Assembly (NCBI RefSeq): GCF_964204645.1 | Contig: NC_134036.1 | Span: 3,934,400 to 3,998,399, forward strand | DNA length: 64,000 nt | Direction: 5' to 3' | Origin: Tubulanus polymorphus | Lineage: Eukaryota > Animalia > Nemertea | In this document: positions 33,496 to 47,340 of the stretch, one piece after another | Numbering within the stretch: the stretch's first letter is position 1 | Layout of the letters: every line of letters begins with the position of its first letter | Notes under the pieces: model-generated | Database searches by the model: none | Told to the model about the DNA's origin: nothing | Seen by the model: the letters and a program-made list of their open reading frames with translations, nothing else | Made by a program: the position numbers and the translations under genes

Positions 33496-36400
33496 TCATT
33501 TTCTTCTTTTATTCTTTGCTCGTATGGATTTCATATCGATAGTCAGTATGGTGTAAAGAAGGGGATTGAGGGACGAGTTGATCGGTAAGAAAAGAACCGC
33601 CAGCCAAGCCGCCACCTGATTCGGTATTTCTACCCGAAATACCGTGCAAAATTGAACGGTTATTAACGGCAGCCAGCAAAATGAATTGCAAAGATTTATC
33701 ACCAAACTCCTACGTGCCAATATTAATTCTGTAGGGTCAATTCTACCAGAGCCAGACCTGCTTCCAGATACGAGTCTGTACATTTGCGCATAAGTCGACA
33801 TTATTGTAACAAGTATGACAGAGTTGAACACGGCAAAAATTACGAATGAATATTGCCAGGCGTTGACCTCGATTGTAATTAAATTCATAGGTAAACAAAC
33901 TCCTGTACTGCCATAGAAGTTGTCTCCGAAATAAGATGACTGTGAAAGAGGTATCATAGAAATTGTACCTATGGATAACCAACATACGCCACAAATAATG
34001 GACACATATTTCGGAGATGTAATCGGGCTTCCAGAAAATGGATTAACGATATTTGAAAATCTGTGTCGCGTTAGAATAAGCAGAAAAGACAACGAGCCTT
34101 CACAAGAAATCGTCACCACAATTCCAGCGAAACTGCACAATGAACTGTCCGTCCAACTTTCCGAATAAAGAAAATAGACTCCTTCATAGAGGTAATCCGC
34201 TCCCGCGATCAAAAACAAATAAACCGACATCAGAAAATCACAAGCTGCGATGTTGATGATTAGGATGTCAGAGGATGTGTTACGCTTTTCGGAGGACGAT
34301 AGTCGAATTGATCGAAGACGAAATAAAACGACAACACTGTTGGCGAGGAAACTTAATGTGGCGATGACCCAAATGATAGCTCTGAGGACTGTGTTGCCCA
34401 TCAGATCAGAACAGGAGGAAAATTGATCAGCTTCTGGAAGGCACTGATCAACATTTGGTGCCATGCAGCAAAACTTGTATGCGTTTGATGCGAGAAAAGC
34501 CAGAGATGTCAGATTATTGAAAACGCCTTTTCCAACAGAAATAACTTTGGAATTGTTGGTTATATCAAGAAGTCTAAGTGACTGCAATCCAGAAAATGCA
34601 TATATAGATATATCACGGATTCTGTTACCGCTGACATTCAGTGACTGTAGTGCGACCAAACCCTTGAAAACATTTTCTGCAAGGACCGATAGAGATAGTC
34701 CATAGAGATTGAGAACTCGAAGCGCCTTCATACCTAAGAAACTGCCTTCTACCAAATAGCTCAATGGATTGCCAGTAATGAATAACTGTTCTAAACTATG
34801 CAAACCGGTGAACGTATTTTTAGATAAAGATGTTATGTTATTACATGTAAGGTCTAATGTGTGTAGATTATGAAGGTTGGAAAACGAAGCTGATAATATG
34901 TGAGACAATTCATTGAATGAGATGTTTAGCATACGAAGATATACGAAAGAAGATAAGGTTGACTCGCTCAAACGAATTCTATTGTCCGACAAAATCAAAA
35001 CTCGAGTTGATGCGGAGAAGAGACCAGTGATATTTGTTAAACCAGTTTTTCTACAATCGATCGAATGACCTTGACACCTGCAATCTGTAGGACACGTGAC
35101 TTCACAGAAAGCCTCGTCATCAGTTGTGTGTTTACAATTTACGAAACCATCACAAACTTCAGATTGTGGAATACACCGATTTTCCTGACCACATTTAAAC
35201 ATTCCCGGACAAGAAAATATCTCGCAGTTTTGTTCATCTTCTGAATTAGGACAATCTGATTGACCGTCGCATACCTGTCTGATCGGTATACAGTAAGACG
35301 CTGGACATTTCACAGTACCAGCTGGACATTCAAATTCTTCACATTTCAAAATGTGCTCAAGATTTCTACAAACTGGGAAACCATTTGTCATTCTATCTAG
35401 AATGCATCTGTGATGTCTTAAATAACAATGTGGAGAATTGAAAGAACATCTCTGTTCATCAGATTTTATGCAGAAATTTGTGAAGTTAGTCATACAGTAG
35501 TTTTCATTGTCGCAGTGAACAGTAGGATTCACTGTAACATTAGAAGTTGTTACTAATTCATCTTCCTCAAGGCTTCCACTACAATCCACGACACCATCCT
35601 GATACAACTGAGAACTGATACAGTCTCCACTGTTACACATGAACCCTTGACACAGTTCAGTAGTGCACCCATTTTCATCGGAGCCGTCTTTACAATTAAG
35701 GACTCCATCACATCTGTTTGATTTACCGACACATTGACCATTTCGACAGCGAAATTGTTCGGCCAAACACGGTGGATGAAAACACGAGTCCTCATCAGAA
35801 CTATCCACACAATCCTGTATGAAATCACAGAATCCACTAATTGATATAACCTGACCATCATAGCATTGAAACTGACTGTGCAGATTGATATCCGTACAAT
35901 TGAGTTCATCTTCACCGTGTTGACAGTCGTGTCTGGTATCACATACGCGATGGTCGCTGATACATCTTCGATCGTTACATTCAAACTGCCACGATTTACA
36001 ACCGCTTATAGAAGCTAACTCTTCGCCAGTTACATTGTAGGAACACAGAACAGAATGCGCTGTATCTGTTTGGTTTTCCCAGGGCATCAATAACCAATTA
36101 ACTGATTTATTATACGTTATTTCATCTCTGGTAACAAATGGTTTTATTGTCCTCCATTGATTGCTAGCATCCTTAGTTAGAATAGCGCCATATTGGTGCT
36201 GATACCGAAACCTTCCAACCAAATTTTCGACTTCTGTCGCCACCGATATCTCACCTATATCACCGCTGGTGCCACGACACATTTCTCTCGCGCTTCCAAA
36301 ATCTAAACTTCGGTTTTCGTTCCAATTTGTCAGTATTTGAAGACATCGTCCGGCTATACCTACCCAACCTCGTGTACAGGTTGCGTTAAACATATTGTTA

Positions 36401-36744
36401 TCAACCTTATCCCGATTCCCAGTCGGAGACGTTTCGTTATCCGTCTTATTGCTATCTTTTCCAGTTGTATTTTTATCGATGTTGATTCTGTCCGTTTCGC
36501 ACATGAAAGTCGTATGAACCTCGTCGATTCCGCAGGGGAATCGAACCCAGTTCGCTGAACCTCGTGGATTATTCAGTATCATCGCTGTACACGGCATATT
36601 GACGTCATTTATCGGTTGTTTCCTTACAGCAGATATCAAACCTTGAATAACTTCTGGTATCGTTTCGTTGCTACTCGGTGTACGGTACCACTCTGTGTAG
36701 CTCATCGGTTTTCCATCGGTCCACGTATAACGACCAGTTGTCAG
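33496..36744 (-). CDS. GRL101: Copy 4 exon 3: CTLD C-half, LDLa, LRR, 7TM (1082 aa)
   Basis: ORF 33496-36705 extended to acceptor at 36744; same motifs as the other copies. Confidence 0.95.
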   Translation of the reverse strand: MTTGRYTWTDGKPMSYTEWYRTPSSNETIPEVIQGLISAVRKQPINDVNMPCTAMILNNPRGSANWVRFPCGIDEVHTTFMCETDRINIDKNTTGKDSNKTDNETSPTGNRDKVDNNMFNATCTRGWVGIAGRCLQILTNWNENRSLDFGSAREMCRGTSGDIGEISVATEVENLVGRFRYQHQYGAILTKDASNQWRTIKPFVTRDEITYNKSVNWLLMPWENQTDTAHSVLCSYNVTGEELASISGCKSWQFECNDRRCISDHRVCDTRHDCQHGEDELNCTDINLHSQFQCYDGQVISISGFCDFIQDCVDSSDEDSCFHPPCLAEQFRCRNGQCVGKSNRCDGVLNCKDGSDENGCTTELCQGFMCNSGDCISSQLYQDGVVDCSGSLEEDELVTTSNVTVNPTVHCDNENYCMTNFTNFCIKSDEQRCSFNSPHCYLRHHRCILDRMTNGFPVCRNLEHILKCEEFECPAGTVKCPASYCIPIRQVCDGQSDCPNSEDEQNCEIFSCPGMFKCGQENRCIPQSEVCDGFVNCKHTTDDEAFCEVTCPTDCRCQGHSIDCRKTGLTNITGLFSASTRVLILSDNRIRLSESTLSSFVYLRMLNISFNELSHILSASFSNLHNLHTLDLTCNNITSLSKNTFTGLHSLEQLFITGNPLSYLVEGSFLGMKALRVLNLYGLSLSVLAENVFKGLVALQSLNVSGNRIRDISIYAFSGLQSLRLLDITNNSKVISVGKGVFNNLTSLAFLASNAYKFCCMAPNVDQCLPEADQFSSCSDLMGNTVLRAIIWVIATLSFLANSVVVLFRLRSIRLSSSEKRNTSSDILIINIAACDFLMSVYLFLIAGADYLYEGVYFLYSESWTDSSLCSFAGIVVTISCEGSLSFLLILTRHRFSNIVNPFSGSPITSPKYVSIICGVCWLSIGTISMIPLSQSSYFGDNFYGSTGVCLPMNLITIEVNAWQYSFVIFAVFNSVILVTIMSTYAQMYRLVSGSRSGSGRIDPTELILARRSLVINLCNSFCWLPLITVQFCTVFRVEIPNQVAAWLAVLFLPINSSLNPLLYTILTIDMKSIRAKNKRRK

Positions 36745-37465
36745 CTGAGAAAATAGAATAAAATATTGTATCAGTCATATAAAAAACCCAAACAACGCTC
36801 AATTACCTTCCACCTGCTTCTCCCGGAAAGTGCGTTGGGTTTTAAGGGACACAATATCAGATGAAATCTACCAATGATAACGGGGTAAATCCCTATTCTA
36901 AGATTTAAAAAGTAAACGTAAAAATGCCACGTAAAATTTATGAATAACGTCCGAAAAGCAATAGTTCGTTCATAGCACCCCAACTGGTCCTATTTTCAAA
37001 AAAGATAATATAATATTAACCTCCACTCCCACTGACTAAAAGACTAAAAACTAAACTTTGCGCCAGCTGCTTTACAAAAATCCAAATTATACAGCAAAAA
37101 TCTTTATTAGCCCAGATGCCTTGTATTTGGTGAAATAATCATCATTTTCTCCGTTTATCAACACCAGCCTGAATTAACTATCTTTCTTATTTAAAGACAA
37201 AACTTTTTTGAAATACTTGTAACTATTCGTTTCCGTATTAGTTTAACCTGGTATATTTTCAAATTCTATACTCATCACCTAATTTATTATCATTATCTCG
37301 ATGGCGTTATCAATGTTGTAATTATTATAATCGTGGGGGCTTGCACTAGAACCCCCCCGTATTAATTAATCAATTAAAAACTCTTATTGATTGTTCATTT
37401 CCTTATACGAGAAATATTTCGTAGCTTTTCTCTATATTCTCTAATATTCAATACATTTAATGCAC

Positions 37466-38845
37466 CTGTAATTTCAAACCGATCATTATTATGAGCGCTT
37501 TTCTCGAAAATGCCATCCTCATCAGAGGATTTACAGCGAATAGCGTCTTGATTGCCATCATTTCCTGTTGTGAGTTGATACTGAGTAGATGTCCCGCGTA
37601 CTTCTGTCTACAGTACAATTCAGCATTCTCCCAATTCAGACGTACTTTTCTGATGAATTTCACGCAGGAAAATCCCGAATCTAAAAGCCCTGCTGATTCG
37701 CAGACTTTGTCGCGTTGTTTTGGCAGTAAATTCCGTTCTAGCACGTATTGTATGCGGAATCTGGGCATTCTGTTTTTCACCTCGAGCCACAGCGGTCTTT
37801 CCTGCACACTATAGAATGTAACTCCCGGTACACCGTACATTTCGCATAGTTTATCCTCGTGATGGGCGTTACTCCTGTCTTTGCCATATATGTCGTTGTA
37901 GCTGATATCCTGCACGAATACAACCGCTTCTGTTTTGTATGAAGTTTCTTTGATGCACGGCACTTCTTCCATATCTTTGATAACGAATCGGTAATACTGA
38001 ATTCGCGTGCTGTTCGCCGTGAACCCGACGTTGTATTTCAAAACGACGTTGGAACTGCCGGCCGTTCCCGGGTAGTTCGGCGACTGCACGATCCCGCAAT
38101 CCACTTCACTTAGCTTCGTCCAGTCGATGTATTCGTTGTGCTTTTTCAAGCTTTGGCAGGTGCGCAGCAATTCAACAATGTAGGCGAATCTCCAGAACAA
38201 ATCGGCCTTGTTGATTTTGACCGTGTACTTGAAGAGGACACTGCTGCTGCCACTGTTGTTGCTGGTGTTGAGGCGCTGGCTACTGAGCGGCATGGCGCGT
38301 TTACATGTATGGGTAGGGGACATATGATCGGGCACGCACGAGCCGATTTCGTATTCGTACGGCGTCAATATGTAAATACTACGTGGCGCAACCTGTCGTT
38401 TTTCGGGCATAATCCTGAAACAGCGCGACGTCACCGTAACCCGGCGCTCTCCTTGTCGCAGAGTGTAGCCGTCGCAGTCAGATGGACGTAACATCAATTT
38501 CGCTTTCCTCCGATCGTAAACCAACCTCTTGCCCTGACAATTGTATGTGTAGCCAACTACGATAACCGGGCCGCCCGAGGTAATCAGACTGACGACGCTG
38601 CGTCGATAACCCGACGAACTGGGGCAATACGGGCCGTATCGTCTAGCCGTGAAATTACCACCGTCGTATATGTAAAATCCGACGTTTTCGCAATCAACCG
38701 ATAACACCCCTAGTTCGAGACTCTGTTCAGTTATTTGGACTTTCCAGGTGAATTCGTACGCGTTTACGTTATATTTCAACGTCCTAGTTGGAAATGGAAG
38801 CATCATGTAATATGGCAATGACGCTGAAGCAAGATAGCCGCGTAT
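37466..38845 (-). CDS. Copy 4 exon 2: CUB-like domains plus CTLD N-half (460 codons)
   Basis: Conserved phase-0 splice sites; ORF 37457-38818. Confidence 0.9.
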
Positions 38846-39258
38846 CTGAAATAAATTCGAAGGAATTAATGAATTCAGTGGCAGTATAATTAAGATATGG
38901 TCGACCCCTGATATACCGCGAACATCGGTAATCTAGAATTTCAGCGGTATATTGTTAATTTTGACTACTTTTATGACAAAAAACACAAAGCACAGAATAT
39001 ACAGCACTGGAAAACCCTGGCTCTACGTGGGGATATTCGGTTCAACATCATTAATACGAAATCATAGAAATTTGAAATGTGATACGGAATCATTTAGTTG
39101 AGTATTTCGTATTATAACAACTGACTCTAAAGTTGTAAAAGAGGTCGGAACATAATCTATTCGATCATTCAATTATTCCGTCAGCTCCTGACACAACAAC
39201 AAACGCGTTTGCGTTAGTAAACATCAATCGAGACATAAATCAGTATTCCCGCACTTAC

Positions 39259-40473
39259 CGAAGGCTTACGAATGCGAAACTCTGATAATGAAAGCAATTT
39301 CATCCTGAATTCTATTCTTACATTCATATTTGTGATGTTAGGTCTCGTAAGAACGCACAGTGTGACGAGAAATCCTTCAGATTTGAGACTCAGTGATTTC
39401 AGGTAGTTGTAACCGAGTAAAATATCAGTTCCAACAAAGCGTAACCCTTCTTGTTTATATACACCGATAACGTCATCGGATGTGACGAGATCATGTGTCC
39501 AGTTGAAGACGACGTACTGTAACACCTGCACTGTGATAGACCAGCAGTGTAAGTGTTTTGATCGAGTTATTACGTGTAAACTGTTGTCATCTGGAATGAG
39601 CACTCCCGACTCGTTATTAGAAATCTGAACCAACGGATTAAAGACGTTCCAATCTGATATTCTGTAAATCTGGATTAAAAGCTCAGTCGTTGTTTTGCGT
39701 TGATCCGACACGAAAATTGTGGCTTTATTGGTTTTGGTATAAAACGATGACGGCTGTTGTCCGCGTTGTTCACCTAAAAGTGCTATCGGTTCACTGCTGG
39801 TGTTCCAGCCATCGTAGATTCGAAAAGTCGCCGCTGGATCAACATCAGGACCAGGTTTCACTTGTAGGTCTAAATCTACGAATGTGAAATTCATCGCCAA
39901 ACCATACGGGATGTTGATCCATTCGATGAACAACTGACATCGGGAACTAAGGAACATTGAGAATTTGTATCCGGTCGATGTGTTCAACTTATTCATTCTA
40001 AAACTCCATCTCCCGCAACTGTGAGTGATTCTCAATTGGCTTCTTTCGTAACGATATATGATATAAACCCGACTACCTCGCGCACCATCGACGTTACTTC
40101 TAAACATCAACAAGATTGAGTTGTTACGAACGATGTCGTATTTTCCGTTACCGCATATGGTCTTCCCGTCGACGAATAGGTAGTTATCACTGCAGAATAT
40201 TGACAGTTCCATATCGTAGTACGCTTCGACGTGAAAAGTTCCCGGTAAAGAACTGTTTATGAACCAACGACATTCAACACCGCGCGTTAACGAAGGGTAA
40301 TTCGGTGAAACGATGTAACCGGACGTAGAATCTAACGGGTACCACGTGTTGTTACAAGACGAACTTACCGTCACAGACGATTCCTCGATAGAGTCTGCGC
40401 GATTAGCGAGCGCGATGCGAACTTGACAGACGATCAGTGTCGTTATGAACAGCGCTCTCAGTCGCTGCTCCAT
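39259..40473 (-). CDS. Copy 4 exon 1: signal peptide plus CUB domains (405 codons); predicted protein 1947 aa
   Basis: ORF 39214-40491; ATG-GAG at 40473; donor TCG|gtaagt. Confidence 0.88.
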
Positions 40474-43400
40474 ACGGAATAACATAAACACGGTGATGAA
40501 AATTTAGAATTCTAAAATCAGTCCAATCGAAGAATCCATTGCTCTGCTGGAGTCATGAATACTTCAACTACTCGCTTGCCTCATCTCAAATGATTTCCTC
40601 ACTATATCGACGACGCCCGCAGGGTATGCATACATCGTGTTCTCCAATGGAATCCATTCCCTGTGGCGTCATTTTTTAGGATATCGTATTTGATTTTCTA
40701 TTGGATTGTTGACTCTGCTTTTGAATTCGGCATACATCTAGGCATACATAGATAATATCGACATCTGCTAACAGGTTGGTTTTTGAAATGAAAATTTACT
40801 ATTTTTTTGTAAATTTAGCAAAGTATTGATAATTTGACCTGGAAAATTCTGAAACCTCAACATTTTGTCTTATCATTTTAAAATGGAAATGCCTTAAGGA
40901 ATAAATGCTTTTAGCCCTCCAAAATACCCCTTAATACCCGGCTTCCCTAAAGATTAATACTTGTACGGTGAAGCCCGCTTCAAATCGGATTACTCCGACG
41001 ACCAAAAATCCGACCTTAACAGATTTTAATATCAATCTAACCATACCTTTCGCATCAAATGATTTCTTGTTCGCTTTCTCACTATCTTTTAAAAAAAAAT
41101 ATATTTCAATCTAAACACCTCTTTCTCAAGACTCTTTTGCCTTTAAAAATTTCCCAAATTATTCTACAAAATAATAATTCACTATTTTTGGAATCATAAA
41201 AAAGACGTCTATTTTCAGGATTGAAATATCATCAGGACCTAAAATTATATACTTATTTGCTGACGGTAAAAATCTTCTCCGCTGCAGTCAAATTAAATCT
41301 GCAACGACACGAGGCTGAGCACTCCTATTAGAAATCAATTCGTATTATCGTTACCATATCTTTCAAATTTATGTAGAGATAAATTCTTGATTGAAGATAA
41401 ACAACAAACACTAGATATAAGACATTTCATCATCAAACGTTTAATAAGTGATCGTCGGCACTTGAGAATCGAAAAAGGATCAGTAAATACTTGCCATTCA
41501 GGATTTTATCACAGGCGATGATTGGAGATGAACGACAAACACTAGATATGTTATAAGACATTTTATCGCCACAGTATTAATGGTTGATCGTCCAAATCCG
41601 CCACGTAAAATCCCCCGGTAAATATCCCCGTGGGTAAAAATACCATAGGTAAAAATCACCCGAAATTCAGTTTTAAACTAGTGTATAAAACTAAGATAAA
41701 AATACCCAGATAAGATCTTTGATAAAGATTTTGCGATATTTGAACACCGATATTTTATTATGACTTTCGAATTATTTTTTTTTTTTCATAGACATACCAT
41801 ACATAGTTTTGGATTCATGATAATCTATCAACATGAGAATGTTGAAACATTTAAATCAGTTGAGAATCACAATAACCGTGATGAGACGATGAGTAAAAAT
41901 CCAACAATAAATGTACGAATCTAAAAAGATCATTAAAAAAATTCTAGATATTGCGGGTGGTTGCCGCCACCCTTCTTCGGCCTAAAATGACTTGACAAAT
42001 AAATCTCGTATTTAGTTGACATTTAGTTGGTTTTGTTTTGACATAAAATTTGGGGGAAATTTTTTAACCTACGGGGGATGCTTACGTAGGGATTTCTACG
42101 GGGGGGGGGGGGGTGTTACCTATTACGACACTTATCATGCGTTCGGTACTTCTCCTGAGAAATTTTCAAATTGAGATGAAATATAAACACCAGACATTAG
42201 ACATTTCATCAGCATACATTCAAAAACTGATCATCACTTTACACTACGGGGCGCTATCCATTGTAACATCTCTTGGATGTTTCACCCGATCAAGTGAACT
42301 ACATCATTAGAATTGATTTTAGGATGAAAAATATTGTCATAAGATGACCTTGGAATAAATACATTAACACCTTGAAAATGTGACGGTGATATTCGATAGA
42401 TTCCTCTTTGAAATCTCTTACGTCCATATGGAAATGTATTAAGCTTAGCTGAATTGATATGAAAACTTTACAGCTGAAATTCTATATAAACTTCGCATCT
42501 GCGCAGTATAGTTTAAACATTGTACAATCGTGGATATAAAGGTTATAGTTATGTACTATGGGAAGCTTGAGATAAATATAGGTGTTTCTGGTGGTGCTGG
42601 GATAGGTGGTTATACCTGCAGCGCTTGATGTATCGTTTTGGAACGACACATCCTATATACGTGTGGTTGAGATATGCCTATAACAATACACGTCTCCATA
42701 GATAAAGGTGTCTGAAGCGTGCAGACGATATCCTAACTGACTGACGCCTCAATATTGGCTTTTCACCTTACGCGCTGCAGTCTTTCTAGACCTGGCTGTA
42801 CGCGGCTGTTTTAGTTTCGTTGCGTTGCCTTAAGAAATAGGCAAATCAGTGAATTTGGCCTCAACTCTTCAATTGACCCTAGCTTTTCCTAATCCATTTA
42901 CCAAAGTGTTGATGTGATGGCGGTTCGAATCTTCGTTTGTTTCGTAAATTATTAAAAATGTGTAAATGGGATACTGGCCCTCACCAGATAGCGCAACATG
43001 ACTTTGGGTAATTCGTATAGAGTGAAATGATCAGTTCATTATTATTGAAATATGAACTCGATTTTAGGCTTGCTCATACGAAAATGATCAAACAAGTCAT
43101 CGCATAGATATAACATCCGCTTTCTGACTCAATAATGGTATAGCTTTTTTGATTTACTAATGAGAAAAGTTGATTCGAATTTAATTGAAATCTAGGTAAT
43201 TGAAGCGCGGTAATCTAGTGCCACTAACGATCCTGGCGGATTATCGCTGAATCTTCGCTTGCCGCTGTAGCGTTGTCGGTGTCCCATTGCCGTGTGTCTA
43301 TGTAAGATTTAAGTAAGATTTCTTGACCCGAATGTCCCTCTGACGGCTGAGGTTATTTACTCTCAAATACGCCAATGATCATTGTATTTGTTCTTTTAAT

Positions 43401-44097
43401 CGTGTCCATTCTAATTTTTTTCTCCGTATATTATCACTGTGGTCGAATCGTGTACATAAAATATGCTTTCTGCACAACGTATTCCTGGTGTTTTTTTCCA
43501 TAAATTTCATAATCTTGTCTGATGGTGAAGTAATTGTTTGTTAATCGCATCTCTTTATCGGCGGTTAATGAAAATTGTTTTCTGCTGAATAATTCGACCT
43601 ATTTCCGATTCATTCCACGGTGAATTGAATTGCTCTAACAACACATATTACGGTTATATCAAAAGCGTTTTACTCTTTAAGTAACGACCGATCTTCAGGC
43701 ATGAGAAAAATAAGTCTGGTCGTTATAAACTCGTTATAATTTGCAATATCCAATTGGAAATTGCAACCAAGAAATCTCATGGACTTTCACGATTCCTAGA
43801 AAGTTTTTAGTTATTGCCGACGGTTTGGTAATGTTGATGTTTATATCGATACGGCATTTAAAAAGGTGCAATGTGACAACATCAAAACGACAATTTGGTA
43901 ATGCCGTACGCCTTGCATAACCCGGATAAACTGGGACGGCCAAAACGAGCGGAGGCTGAGTTAAAATGGTTATATGAGATAGTAAATCGCAAGGATGATT
44001 TAATTTTTGTCGAAAAATAGCTATAACTGAGTAAGGCTAGGTTTACAACAATACACGTGCTATTCTAGCTATTCTATTTCGGTAGAAAAAACGTCGT

Positions 44098-47000
44098 TCA
44101 TTTTCTTCTTTTATTCTTTGCTCGTATGGATTTCATATCGATCGTCAGTATGGTGTAAAGAAGGGGATTGAGGGACGAGTTGATCGGCAAGAAAAGAACC
44201 GCCAGCCAAGCCGCCACCTGATTCGGTATTTGTACCCCGAATACGGCGCAAAACTGGACGATAATTAACGGCAACCAGCAAAATAAATTACAAAGATTGA
44301 TCACCAAACTCCTACGTGCCAAAATCAGTTCGGTAGGGTCGATTCTCCCAGAGCCAGACCTGCTTCCGGATACGAGTCTGTACATTTGCGCATATGTCCC
44401 CATTATTGTAGCAAGTATGACAGAGTTAAACACGGCAAAAATAGCGAATGAATATTGCCAGGCGTTGACATCAATGGTGATTAAATTCATAGGTAAACAA
44501 ACACCGGTAGTGCCGTAGAAATTATCTCCAAAGTAAGGGACAGGCACTAGAGGTAGCAATGCAATGCCACTCAAAACAATCCAACATGTACAGCAAATAA
44601 TGGACACAAATCTTTGAGATTTCAGGTTTCCAGAAAATGGATTAACGATATTTGAATATCTGTGGCGCGTCATGATTAATAGAAACGTCAATGAGCCTTC
44701 ACAAGAGATTGACACAACGACCCCTGCAAGATGACAAAATACACTTCCCGTCCAAGATTCGGAATTAAGGAAATAGACACCTTTGAAGATGTAATCTGCC
44801 CCGGCGATCAGGAACAGATAAACCGACATCATAAAATCGCAGACAGCTACATTGATGATGAGGATGTCCGAGGATGGATTGGATTTATCCGAGGAAAATC
44901 GAATCGCTTGAACGCGAAGAGAAATGACTATTCCGTTGGCGAAAAAGCTGAACGAAGCGATCACCCAAATGACGGTTCTAAGGACCGTGTTACCCATCAG
45001 GTCTGAACAAGAGGAGAACGGGTCGGGTTCTGGAAAACATTCATCGACATTGGGTACCATGCAGCAAAACTTGTAAGCATCTGATCTCAGGGAAACTAAT
45101 GATGTCAAATTGTCGAAAACGTTTCTGTCGACGGAAACGACTTTCGAGTTTTCGGACAAATCAAGGATTTCAAGCGTCGTCAGCCCGGAAAATGCGTAAA
45201 GCGAAATACGATCGATTCTGTTAGCGCTGATGTTTAAAGACAGTAAAGCAGAAAGACCCGCAAACGAGTATTCATAAAGCGTCAGCATTGAAAGTCCGTG
45301 AAGGTCGAGAGATTGGAGTGACCTCAAACCTTGGAAACTGCCTTCTTCTAAATAAGTCAGTGGATTTCTTGTGATGAACAGTTCTTTCAAACTATACAAA
45401 CCGGCGAACGTGTTTGCGGATAATGACGTAATGGTGTTATGGGTAAGGTCTAATGTATATAGATTATGCAGGCTTGAGAATGAGTTCGGAAAGATGTGAG
45501 ACAATTCGTTGGAGGAGAGATTGAGCATGCGAAGATAGACGTATGGGGAAAATGTTGACGGGTCCAAGATAATTTGATTTTTCGACAAAATTAAGACTCG
45601 AGTTGATGAAGAAAAGAGACCACTTATATTTGTTAAACGAGCATTGTAGCATTCGATCGAATGACCTTGGCACTGACAGCCTCTAGAGCACGTGACACTG
45701 CAGAAAGCCTCATCATCAGTTGTATGTTTACAATTTACGACACCATTACAAACTTCGGATTGTGGGATACATCGATTTTCCTGGCCACATTTAAACATTC
45801 CCGGACATGAAAATGTCTCGCAGTTTTCTTCGTCTTCTGAATTAGGACAATCTGATTGACCATCGCATACCTGGCTGATTGGTATACAGTACGATGCTGG
45901 ACATTTTACAGTCCCAGCTGGACATTCAAATTCTTCACATCTCAATACGTGCTCAAGATTTCTACAAACTGGGTAACCATTCAGCAATCTCTCTAGAATA
46001 CACCTGTGACGTCTTAAATAACAATGAGGAGAATTGAAAGAACATCTTTGTTCATCAGATTCTGTGCAGAGATTTGTGAAGTTAGTCGTACATTGGTTTT
46101 CATTATCGCAATGAACGGTAGGATTTACTGTAATATTAGTAGCTGCAACTATTTCATCTTCTTCAAGGCTACCACTACAATCCACGACACCATCCTGATA
46201 AAACTGAGAACTGATACAGTCTCCACTGTTACACAGGAACCCCTGACACACTTCAGCGGTGCATCCCATTTCATCGGAGCCGTCTTTACAATTAGTGACT
46301 CCATTACATCTGTCCGACCTACTAATACATTGACCATTTTCACAGCGAGATTGTTCAGACAAACACGGGGGATGAAAACACGAGTTCTCATCGGAACCAT
46401 CCACGCAATCCTGGACGAAATCACAGAAACCACTTATTGATATGACCTGACCATCGTAGCATCTGAAATGACCGTGTAAATTGTTCTCCGAACAATCGAG
46501 TTCATCTTCACCGTGTAGGCAGTCGTGTCTGGTATCACATACGCGGTGGTTGCTGATACATCTTCGATCGTTACATTTAAACTGCCACGATTTACAACCG
46601 CTTATAGAAGCCAACTCTTCGCTAGTTACGTTGCGTGAACACAAAACAGAATGCGCTGTATCTGTTTGATTTTCCCAGGGAATCAATAACCAATTAACCA
46701 ATTTATTGTATGTTATTTCATCCCTGGTAACAACTGGTTCCAGTGTCCTCCATTGATTGTTAGAATTCTTAGTAAGAATAGCGCCATATTGGTGCTGATA
46801 ACGAAACCTACCAACCAAATTTTCGACTTCTGTCGCCACCGATATCTCACCTATATCACCGGTGATGCCACGACACATTTCTCTCGCGCTTCCAATATCT
46901 AAACTTCGGTTTTCGTTCCAATTTGTCAGTATTTGAAGACATCGTCCCGCTATACCTACCCAACCTTTTGTACAGGTTGCGTTGAAGATATTGTTATCAA

Positions 47001-47340
47001 CCTTATCCCGATTCCCAGTCAGAGAAGTATCGTTATCCGTTTGATTGCTATATTTTCCAGTTGCATTTTTGTCGACGTTGATTCTCTCCGTTTCGCACAT
47101 GAAAGTCGTGTGAACCTCGTCGATTCCGCAGGGGAATCGAACCCAGTTCGCTGAACCTCGTGGATTGTTTAGTATCATCGCTGTACATGGCATATTGACG
47201 TCTTGTATCGGTTGTTTTCTCAGGGGAGATATCAATCCACCGATTACTCCGGGTATCGTTTCGTTGCTACTCGGCGGCCGGTACCACTCTGTGTAGCTCA
47301 TCGGTTTTCCATCGGTCCACGTGTAACGACCAGTTGTCAA
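44098..47340 (-). CDS. GRL101: Copy 5 exon 3: CTLD C-half, LDLa, LRR, 7TM (1080 aa)
   Basis: The ORF begins exactly at acceptor ttttctcag|TTG (47340). Confidence 0.95.
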   Translation of the reverse strand: MTTGRYTWTDGKPMSYTEWYRPPSSNETIPGVIGGLISPLRKQPIQDVNMPCTAMILNNPRGSANWVRFPCGIDEVHTTFMCETERINVDKNATGKYSNQTDNDTSLTGNRDKVDNNIFNATCTKGWVGIAGRCLQILTNWNENRSLDIGSAREMCRGITGDIGEISVATEVENLVGRFRYQHQYGAILTKNSNNQWRTLEPVVTRDEITYNKLVNWLLIPWENQTDTAHSVLCSRNVTSEELASISGCKSWQFKCNDRRCISNHRVCDTRHDCLHGEDELDCSENNLHGHFRCYDGQVISISGFCDFVQDCVDGSDENSCFHPPCLSEQSRCENGQCISRSDRCNGVTNCKDGSDEMGCTAEVCQGFLCNSGDCISSQFYQDGVVDCSGSLEEDEIVAATNITVNPTVHCDNENQCTTNFTNLCTESDEQRCSFNSPHCYLRRHRCILERLLNGYPVCRNLEHVLRCEEFECPAGTVKCPASYCIPISQVCDGQSDCPNSEDEENCETFSCPGMFKCGQENRCIPQSEVCNGVVNCKHTTDDEAFCSVTCSRGCQCQGHSIECYNARLTNISGLFSSSTRVLILSKNQIILDPSTFSPYVYLRMLNLSSNELSHIFPNSFSSLHNLYTLDLTHNTITSLSANTFAGLYSLKELFITRNPLTYLEEGSFQGLRSLQSLDLHGLSMLTLYEYSFAGLSALLSLNISANRIDRISLYAFSGLTTLEILDLSENSKVVSVDRNVFDNLTSLVSLRSDAYKFCCMVPNVDECFPEPDPFSSCSDLMGNTVLRTVIWVIASFSFFANGIVISLRVQAIRFSSDKSNPSSDILIINVAVCDFMMSVYLFLIAGADYIFKGVYFLNSESWTGSVFCHLAGVVVSISCEGSLTFLLIMTRHRYSNIVNPFSGNLKSQRFVSIICCTCWIVLSGIALLPLVPVPYFGDNFYGTTGVCLPMNLITIDVNAWQYSFAIFAVFNSVILATIMGTYAQMYRLVSGSRSGSGRIDPTELILARRSLVINLCNLFCWLPLIIVQFCAVFGVQIPNQVAAWLAVLFLPINSSLNPLLYTILTIDMKSIRAKNKRRK